This document shows, piece after piece, positions 57,813 through 64,000 of a DNA stretch of 64,000 nucleotides. The notes beneath the pieces are model-generated. The model saw only the letters and a program-made list of their open reading frames with translations. It did not search any database and was not told the origin of the DNA. Both the position numbers and the translations under genes were made by a program. Source of the stretch: Candidatus Omnitrophota bacterium (GTDB lineage Bacteria; Hinthialibacterota; Hinthialibacteria; Hinthialibacterales; Hinthialibacteraceae); assembly GCA_040755155.1 (NCBI GenBank), contig JBFMBP010000032.1:26828-90827 (forward strand), written 5' to 3'. Every line of letters begins with the position of its first letter. The first letter of the stretch is position 1.

Positions 57813-60800
57813 TCAAACAAGCAATTCGTCGATTTCTTTCAATACCGATTGCGTTTCCGTTTTGGATTCATCCGGCGCCGGTTCGCTCTCTTCCAATATG
57901 ACGACTTCGTCCAATAAATATCGGGAAATCTTATCTAATGTTGGATAATCGTAAAGCAACGACGCTGGCAGCGAGGCGCCGATCTCCTTGCTTAAGCGGT
58001 TGCGCATATCCACTGTCGTCAGCGAGTCGAATCCCTGGTTCACCAGCGGTTGGTCGGGCGCGATACGCTCCGACTCGTTGTATCCCAATACGCTTTGCGC
58101 GATGCGTTGCAGCCGCGCCGCCAGCAGGCCGCGCCTTTGCGCGGGCAAGACTTCGCGCAGTTCGTTGGCGATATCGCGGCGGTCGCTTGGGGCTTCGTCC
58201 GCCGCCGATTTCGCCGTTTCGCCGATAAGGTTGGCGAATAGCCCAGCGGAAGCATCAAGGCCGTGGCTGGCGCCGTAGGCGTTCCAATCCACGTCGAAAG
58301 CGCAGGCTTGAATCATGTTTTCTTGCAAGATAGTTTTCATCAGCCTCATGCCGGTTTCCGGTTGGATATAGCGGATGCCCTGCGCGAAAAAGCGGTCGAC
58401 GGCCATATCCGCCGCCATGCCCGCATCGGCCCACGGCCCCCAGTTGACGCTGACCGCCGCAAGGCCGAGCTGGCGGCGGTAATGCGCTAATCCGTCCATA
58501 AAGGCGTTAGCCGCCGCGTAATTGCTTTGGCCTAGATTGCCGATGATGGCGGCGACGGATGAGAAGAGCGCGAAGAAATCCAGATCGTCGTTCTTGGTTG
58601 CTTGATGCAGATTCCAGGCGCCGCGAACTTTCGGCGCCATGACTTTTTGGAAGCGCTCCCACGTTTGTTCCGCCATCATGCCGTCATCGAGCAGTCCCGC
58701 CGCGTGGATGATTCCCTTGAGGGGCGGCATAGCGCTGCGAATATGGTTCAGGATGCGCTCCACATCGGCGCCGCAAGCCATATCGCCCTGCAAAACGGCG
58801 ATTTCCGCGCCACCTTCGCGCAGTTCGCGCATAACAGCTTCGGCGGCGGGTTTGGGAGCGCTGCGTCCCGTCAACGCGAGATGGTGGGCGCCTTGCTCCG
58901 CCAACCAGCGAACCATCAGCAGGCCGAGAGCGCCAAGGCCTCCGGTGATGAGGTAAGTTCCCTCGCTTTGAATCAGGCCGCGCCGTTGAATGTTCTCGCG
59001 ACGAATTTCATCTTGGCGAGATAGAACAATCTTGCCGATATGCTTTGCCTGCGCCATATAGCGATAGGCGTCGATGGCGTTCGCGAGGGGAAAAACGGTA
59101 ATGGGCAGCGGCTTCAAATCGCCCTTGGCGAATTTCGCCATCAGCTCATGGAACATGCGCCCGATCAACGCCGGATTTTGGCGCGACACCGCCGCCAAGT
59201 CGAAGGGATAATAGGCGAAGGTAGGATTCAACTCGCGAACTTGGCTTGCATCCCAAATGCCGATTTTGCCCATCTCCAAAAAGCGGCCCAGATTCGCCAG
59301 TACGGAAAAACTCTTGGCGATGAATTCGCCCGATAGGGAATTGAGAACGGCATCGACGCCGCGCCCGCCGGTGATTCGCTTAATCTCGTCCGCAAAATCC
59401 AGCGTCCGCGAATTTAAGACATGATGGACGCCGAGGGATCGCAAGTATTCCCTCTTTTCGGGGGAACCCGCCGTAGCGAAAATCTCCGCTCCCGCATCCA
59501 GCGCTAGTTGAACGGCGGCCATGCCCACGCCGCCAGCGCCCGCGTGAATAAGAATGCGCTCCCCGCGCTTCAATGCGCCCAATTCATGCAATGCATAGTA
59601 AGCCGTCAGAAAAGTGGCGGGGATAGTAACGGCCTCTTCCAATGTCATGCCGTCCGGTTTTTTGAAAACGAAAGCGCGGTTCAGCGTGATGTAACTGCCA
59701 ATGCAGCCGGGAGCGGCCATGGCGATTACGGGATCGCCAACCTTCAAATCGCCGACGTTCTCGCCGATGGCGGCGACGGTTCCGGCGGATTCGTAGCCCA
59801 TAAGTCCCGCATCGCCGGGATACTGTCCCAGCGCGTTGAGAACGTCGCGGAAATTCAATCCGGCGGCATGAATCCGCACTTCCACTTCATCCGCATCGGG
59901 AACGCGGCGCTCGCGGATTTTGAAGGATAACTCGTCCAGCGTTTTGCGCGCGCCGACGTCCAGATAATAGGCTTGCGTCTCCGAGACGGCGGGATAAGCT
60001 AGCGTCTTGTCATACTCTTGGCGCGAGGTTTTCGCTTTCCGCCTCGCCAATCGCGCCGCGAAGCGGCGTCCACCCCGGCGCAAGGCGGTTTGATCCTCGC
60101 CGTTGGACTTATTCATCAATTCCAACAAGGCAAGCGCGCTAGCCGCCGAGGCGTCGTTATCGATATCGAGCAGGCCGCCCCACATTTCCGGATGCTCCAG
60201 CGCCAGCGCTCTTCCCAATCCCCAAAGCGCCGCTGATGCCGGAGGCGTCAAGCGGTCTTCCGGCGCCACTGCCTGGCAGCGGTTAGTAACGAGCCAAAGT
60301 TGGGCCTTATCCGTTTTGTTCAATTTTTCTAAAGCATGGACGATATGAAGTACGCCGCCGCACAGGCGTTTCTCTTCTTCCTCCAGCGCCTGCGTATCTT
60401 GAGAGGGCATGGCGTCCACGCCCCAGAGAAAGAGAATCTTCGTCATAGCCGGGGAAGAGTCCTTCGCCCAATGTTCGAACAAACGCATAAAATCTTCAGC
60501 GTTGGCGGGATCGATCGTAGAAATATTGTCTCCCGTTTTTTCGAATTGCTTCCCCGCAACTACTTTGATATATGCTTCCCCTTTTTTCTCGATCTCCTTT
60601 TCCAAAGCGTCGCATACGCCTTGCGAATCGGCGAAGAGAATATAACGCAATTTCTCTTGGGCTGCGGAAAACTCCTCCGCTTTCATCTCGCGCCATTCGA
60701 TTTCGTATATCGAATTCTTGTCGTCTTCGCGCAGTTCGCGGTACAGCGTTTGGCGATCCGTTAGTTTCAAAAGGAAGTCTTTAATTTCGAGCGCCTGTTC

Positions 60801-63800
60801 GCCTTGGCTGTTGAAGACGGCGATTTCGCACTTGATGATGCTTTCCTGCAATTTCACGCGCGTATAGCAATACAATTCTCCCGCCAGCGAGCGATGAACT
60901 TGAACTTGGCTCATGTGCAGGGGAATTAAAATATTATCGCCTTCCAGCATCGCCGTCGCTGACGCTTTACAGGCGGGCAGCACCGTTTGCAGCATAGAAT
61001 CGATCAATCCGGGATGAACGGCCGCGTCGTCGATGGCTTTGGCCGGTTGCAGACGGCAAAAGGCTTCGTCCGTTCCTTGTCGGATGGCGTGGATGCATTG
61101 GAAATTAGGGCCAGTGCTGTAGCCGACGCTTTCGATATAGGAATAGAATTCCTCCGATTCCATCGCGCCGCTGGAAAATTTCTCTTCCAACTCTCGCCAA
61201 GAAGAACCGGACGTCGTCATGTCTGACTGTTGATCGCTCTTGCGGGCGATGTTGCCGGAGCAATGAGTAATCCAGGAAGCGGCGTCGTCCTCGGCGGATC
61301 GGCTGACGATACGGAAAGAGGGCTTGGCGCTTTTGCTATTTTCTATAATGGTCTGCACCCAGCGTGATTCGCCTTCGTTCACCACCAATGGCGCGGTGAA
61401 CTCCACCTCTTCAATAACGCCCATTCCATCGCCGAATACGCGGCGGCAGGCGGAAAGCGCCATCGAAACGTGGGCGGCGGCGGGAGAAATAATCTTGCCG
61501 TATATTTTATGCTCTTTCAAAAAAGCAGGCCGCGTTTCGGTGAAAAGATTTTGAAAGAGAATAATGCCGCCATCGAGGCAAGGCGAGGCAATCTTCTGGC
61601 CCAGATAAGGATGCGCGTTCCGGCCAAGAGAAATCTCTCCTCCCGATTGGCCGTTCTGAACCGGACTCATGTAGTAACTTTTTCGTTGGAAGGGATAGGC
61701 CGGCAGCGCGATTTTTGTTCGGGAATAAGACGCGTCGAAGCCTTCCCAATCGATTTCCGCGCCGCGAACGTAAATTTCCGCCAAGCTGGCGAGCAGGAAA
61801 TTCCAATCGTCCTCCCCTTTTTTCAATGAGGCTAGAAACGCTTTGTTTTCCTGGGAAATGCTGCGCCGCGCCAGTCCCGTCAGCGTCGGCGCCGCGCCCA
61901 TTTCCAGAAATATGTCCGCATTTTCCGCCGCCATCGTCTCCATCGCCGCCAGAAAACGCACCGGCCGCCGTATCTGGTTGGCCCAATAAGAAGCGCTGGC
62001 CAAATCGCCGCTCGCCGCTTTTTTCCCCGTAACTGTCGAGACGATCAATAATCGCGGCGCCTCATAGTTCACGCTGGCCGCGATGTGTTCGAATTTGTTC
62101 AGGATCGGATCCATTAGAGGAGAATGGAAAGCGTGGGATACGTTGAGTTCTTGCGATGAAATCCCTTTGCTTTTCAACTTGGCGAGGATTTCCGCCACGG
62201 CTTCCCGCCGTCCGGAAATTACCACGCTGCCCGGCGAGTTGATCGCCGCGAGGGAAGCGTCCGTTTTCCGGGCGTCAACCAAAGGTTGAACCTCATCTTC
62301 ATTCGCGAAGACGGCGGCCATGCTTCCCCCCGCTGGCAGCGACTGCATCAGTTGTCCCCGCGCCGCTACGAGTTTGAGAGCGTCTGGCAGGCTGACGATT
62401 CCCGCCGCGCAGGCGGCGGCGTATTCGCCGATGCTATGCCCCGCCGCGATGTCCGCCGTTGCGCCCCACGATGTCCATAAGCGGTAGAGCGCGTATTCAA
62501 TGGCGAAGATCGCCGGTTGGGCGTATTGCGTCTGCGTCAGAACGGCGTCGTCCGCCTTTTCGCCGTATATCGAATCGATGAGGGATGCGTTCAGATATTC
62601 GCGCAGGATGGCGTCGCATTCCTCCATCGCTTGGCGGAAAACCGGCTGCGCATCCCATAATCCACGTCCCATGCCCACGTATTGCGAGCCTTGTCCCGTA
62701 AAGAGAAACGCTAAGCGCGGACGCCCTCCCCTTGCAGACGTAAGGGATTTCGTTTTTTCGCCTTGAGAAAATTTACGAAGCGCGTCTTTAAAATCCTCGC
62801 TGGCAGCGCCCGCCGCCGCCAATCGGTTTTCGAAATGGCTGCGCCCGGCGCCGGCGGTATAGCAAGCATCGGCGATCGGCGTATTGGGATTTTGCTCGAA
62901 GTAATCCGCATATCGCGCCGCCAGTTGCTTCAACGCCACTTCGTTTTTGGCGGAAAGGGGAAGGATATGAACCGGACGTTCCGCCGATATCGCCGCAGCG
63001 GCGGGCGTTGGTTTTTCGCCTGTATCCTCTCCAACTTCGCCTGCAATTCCGCTGGGAACCATCGTCCGCTTGACGATAGGCGCTTCTTCAACGATGGCGT
63101 GGGCGTTCGTGCCGCTGAAGCCGAACGAACTAACGCCCGCCCGGCGCGGCGTCTCGCTGCGCGGCCACGGCGTCAGCGCGGTGGGAACGAAAACCGGCAA
63201 TTGATCCCAAGGAATATAGGGGCTGGGATTTTTCAAATGAGGATGAGGCGGAATTTTTTCATGCCGCAGAGATTGAATGACTTTAATCACGCCGGATATC
63301 CCCGCCGCCGCTTCCAAATGCCCGATATTCGCCTTTACGGAGCCAAGGAGAATGGGATTCTCCTTGGTATGCCCATTCTTCATGACTCTGGCGATGGATT
63401 CCACTTCGATAGGATCGCCGAGGGGCGTGCCGGTACCGTGCGCTTCCATATACCCAATGTCGGCGGGTTGTAGTCCGGCGTTCTCCAAAGCGCGGCGAAT
63501 TACTTTTTCCTGCGCCAGCCCGTTGGGCGCCGTGAGTCCATTGCTTTTGCCGTCTTGGTTGACCGCTGTTCCGCGCAGGACTGCCAATATCCGGTTATTG
63601 TCTTTGATGGCGTCGCTCAAGCGCTTTAAGAGCAGCGCGCCGCAGCCCTCGCCCCGGCCATAACCGTCGGCGGAAGCGTCAAAAGTTTTGCAGCGGCCAT
63701 CGGGGGATATCGTGCCCAGTTTCGTCGAGCATATATGGAAGATGGGCGAGAGGATAAGATTAACCCCTGCTGCTAAGGCCATATCCGATTCTTGATTGCG

Positions 63801-64000
63801 CAAACTATGGCAGGCGAGATGCAGCGCTGCCAGCGATGAGGAACAAGCCGTATCCACAGCCATGCACGGCCCTTCAAAGCCGAAAGTATAAGAGATGCGC
63901 CCGGCGGCGGGTGCGAAACAGGTTCCCGTCAGCGCGTAGCCGTCGATGATGCCGTTATGGCCGGAATGGCGGTGCGACTGCGTATAATCGTCGCTAGAGA
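57813..64000 (-). CDS. Type I PKS module KS-AT-DH-ER-KR-ACP, 5' part outside the window
   Basis: The frame is open up to base 64000 (..[55 protein letters not shown]), so the M at 63863 is internal. KS Cys at ~63840-63860. AT GHSIGE at 62421-62450 with HAFH (malonyl-type). DH HPYLGQKIASP at 61601-61625. ER LNFRDVL and HAGAGGVGMAAVQLA at 59521-59560. KR TGGLGALG at 58921-58960 plus SNYAAAN. ACP GFDSLT at 58005-58040. Short C-terminal docking tail. Confidence 0.9.
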   Translation of the reverse strand, partial: SSDDYTQSHRHSGHNGIIDGYALTGTCFAPAAGRISYTFGFEGPCMAVDTACSSSLAALHLACHSLRNQESDMALAAGVNLILSPIFHICSTKLGTISPDGRCKTFDASADGYGRGEGCGALLLKRLSDAIKDNNRILAVLRGTAVNQDGKSNGLTAPNGLAQEKVIRRALENAGLQPADIGYMEAHGTGTPLGDPIEVESIARVMKNGHTKENPILLGSVKANIGHLEAAAGISGVIKVIQSLRHEKIPPHPHLKNPSPYIPWDQLPVFVPTALTPWPRSETPRRAGVSSFGFSGTNAHAIVEEAPIVKRTMVPSGIAGEVGEDTGEKPTPAAAAISAERPVHILPLSAKNEVALKQLAARYADYFEQNPNTPIADACYTAGAGRSHFENRLAAAGAASEDFKDALRKFSQGEKTKSLTSARGGRPRLAFLFTGQGSQYVGMGRGLWDAQPVFRQAMEECDAILREYLNASLIDSIYGEKADDAVLTQTQYAQPAIFAIEYALYRLWTSWGATADIAAGHSIGEYAAACAAGIVSLPDALKLVAARGQLMQSLPAGGSMAAVFANEDEVQPLVDARKTDASLAAINSPGSVVISGRREAVAEILAKLKSKGISSQELNVSHAFHSPLMDPILNKFEHIAASVNYEAPRLLIVSTVTGKKAASGDLASASYWANQIRRPVRFLAAMETMAAENADIFLEMGAAPTLTGLARRSISQENKAFLASLKKGEDDWNFLLASLAEIYVRGAEIDWEGFDASYSRTKIALPAYPFQRKSYYMSPVQNGQSGGEISLGRNAHPYLGQKIASPCLDGGIILFQNLFTETRPAFLKEHKIYGKIISPAAAHVSMALSACRRVFGDGMGVIEEVEFTAPLVVNEGESRWVQTIIENSKSAKPSFRIVSRSAEDDAASWITHCSGNIARKSDQQSDMTTSGSSWRELEEKFSSGAMESEEFYSYIESVGYSTGPNFQCIHAIRQGTDEAFCRLQPAKAIDDAAVHPGLIDSMLQTVLPACKASATAMLEGDNILIPLHMSQVQVHRSLAGELYCYTRVKLQESIIKCEIAVFNSQGEQALEIKDFLLKLTDRQTLYRELREDDKNSIYEIEWREMKAEEFSAAQEKLRYILFADSQGVCDALEKEIEKKGEAYIKVVAGKQFEKTGDNISTIDPANAEDFMRLFEHWAKDSSPAMTKILFLWGVDAMPSQDTQALEEEEKRLCGGVLHIVHALEKLNKTDKAQLWLVTNRCQAVAPEDRLTPPASAALWGLGRALALEHPEMWGGLLDIDNDASAASALALLELMNKSNGEDQTALRRGGRRFAARLARRKAKTSRQEYDKTLAYPAVSETQAYYLDVGARKTLDELSFKIRERRVPDADEVEVRIHAAGLNFRDVLNALGQYPGDAGLMGYESAGTVAAIGENVGDLKVGDPVIAMAAPGCIGSYITLNRAFVFKKPDGMTLEEAVTIPATFLTAYYALHELGALKRGERILIHAGAGGVGMAAVQLALDAGAEIFATAGSPEKREYLRSLGVHHVLNSRTLDFADEIKRITGGRGVDAVLNSLSGEFIAKSFSVLANLGRFLEMGKIGIWDASQVRELNPTFAYYPFDLAAVSRQNPALIGRMFHELMAKFAKGDLKPLPITVFPLANAIDAYRYMAQAKHIGKIVLSRQDEIRRENIQRRGLIQSEGTYLITGGLGALGLLMVRWLAEQGAHHLALTGRSAPKPAAEAVMRELREGGAEIAVLQGDMACGADVERILNHIRSAMPPLKGIIHAAGLLDDGMMAEQTWERFQKVMAPKVRGAWNLHQATKNDDLDFFALFSSVAAIIGNLGQSNYAAANAFMDGLAHYRRQLGLAAVSVNWGPWADAGMAADMAVDRFFAQGIRYIQPETGMRLMKTILQENMIQACAFDVDWNAYGASHGLDASAGLFANLIGETAKSAADEAPSDRRDIANELREVLPAQRRGLLAARLQRIAQSVLGYNESERIAPDQPLVNQGFDSLTTVDMRNRLSKEIGASLPASLLYDYPTLDKISRYLLDEVVILEESEPAPDESKTETQSVLKEIDELLV

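Noticed and set aside
57636-57948. Plus-strand ORFs 57636..57917 and 57733..57948
   Set aside because: They are built from REP-like hairpins and the antisense of the PKS 3' end. Artefacts of the repeats.
1-64000. Scan for CRISPR arrays, tRNA/rRNA genes and integrase or prophage signatures
   Set aside because: I found no regularly spaced direct repeats, cloverleaf-like tRNA sequences, rRNA-like stretches, or integrase or phage structural ORFs. The only repeats present are the hairpin and MITE families described above.

Overview
Bacterial chromosomal window, almost fully coding, with most genes on the minus strand. I saw no rRNA, tRNA or CRISPR array. Left to right:
(1) 1-12330: one minus-strand operon for a MacAB-like efflux machine. 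It has a HlyD/MacA-type adaptor, two separate ABC ATPases and at least four tandem paralogous duplicated-FtsX (ADOP-type) permeases; the last runs off the left edge.
(2) 12848-13771: a CDF metal-efflux protein.
(3) 14087-20630: a glycan-processing-like cluster (DUF2961/GH172-like, YdjC/ChbG-like deacetylase, CE1-type esterase, Tat-signal Gfo/Idh/MocA oxidoreductase) bracketed by two prepilin-type paralogs.
(4) 20707-25043: an accessory-looking patch. It holds a 176-bp MITE-like element, a small membrane ORF, a RelE/ParE-type killer gene with an in-frame TAA next to an intact HTH antidote, a translationally coupled pair (194-aa barrel-like protein plus 560-aa HerA/FtsK-type ATPase), and two tiny ORFs flanked by inverted REP-like hairpins.
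(5) 25063-27670: fliA (sigma-28) with small partner ORFs but no flagellar structural genes.
(6) murQ, rng and a fused B12-binding radical-SAM/DUF2344 gene.
(7) 33390-33751: a possible transposase C-terminal relic abutting a second MITE copy.
(8) 33830-64000: a secreted S12/beta-lactamase-fold serine hydrolase, then more than 28 kb of cis-AT PKS/NRPS assembly line. Its order is KS-AT-DH-ER-KR-ACP | KS-AT-ACP-aminotransferase-C-A-T-E-C-A-T-C-A-T-E | C-A-T-E, and its start lies beyond base 64000.
The two best candidates for something undescribed are the TE-less, D-residue-rich beta-amino lipopeptide-like assembly line with the adjacent S12 hydrolase, and the HerA-like two-gene module beside the decayed toxin-antitoxin locus. 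At least four families of short structured intergenic repeats are scattered through the window. All calls come from reading the ORF translations and the DNA by eye; no database search was possible.
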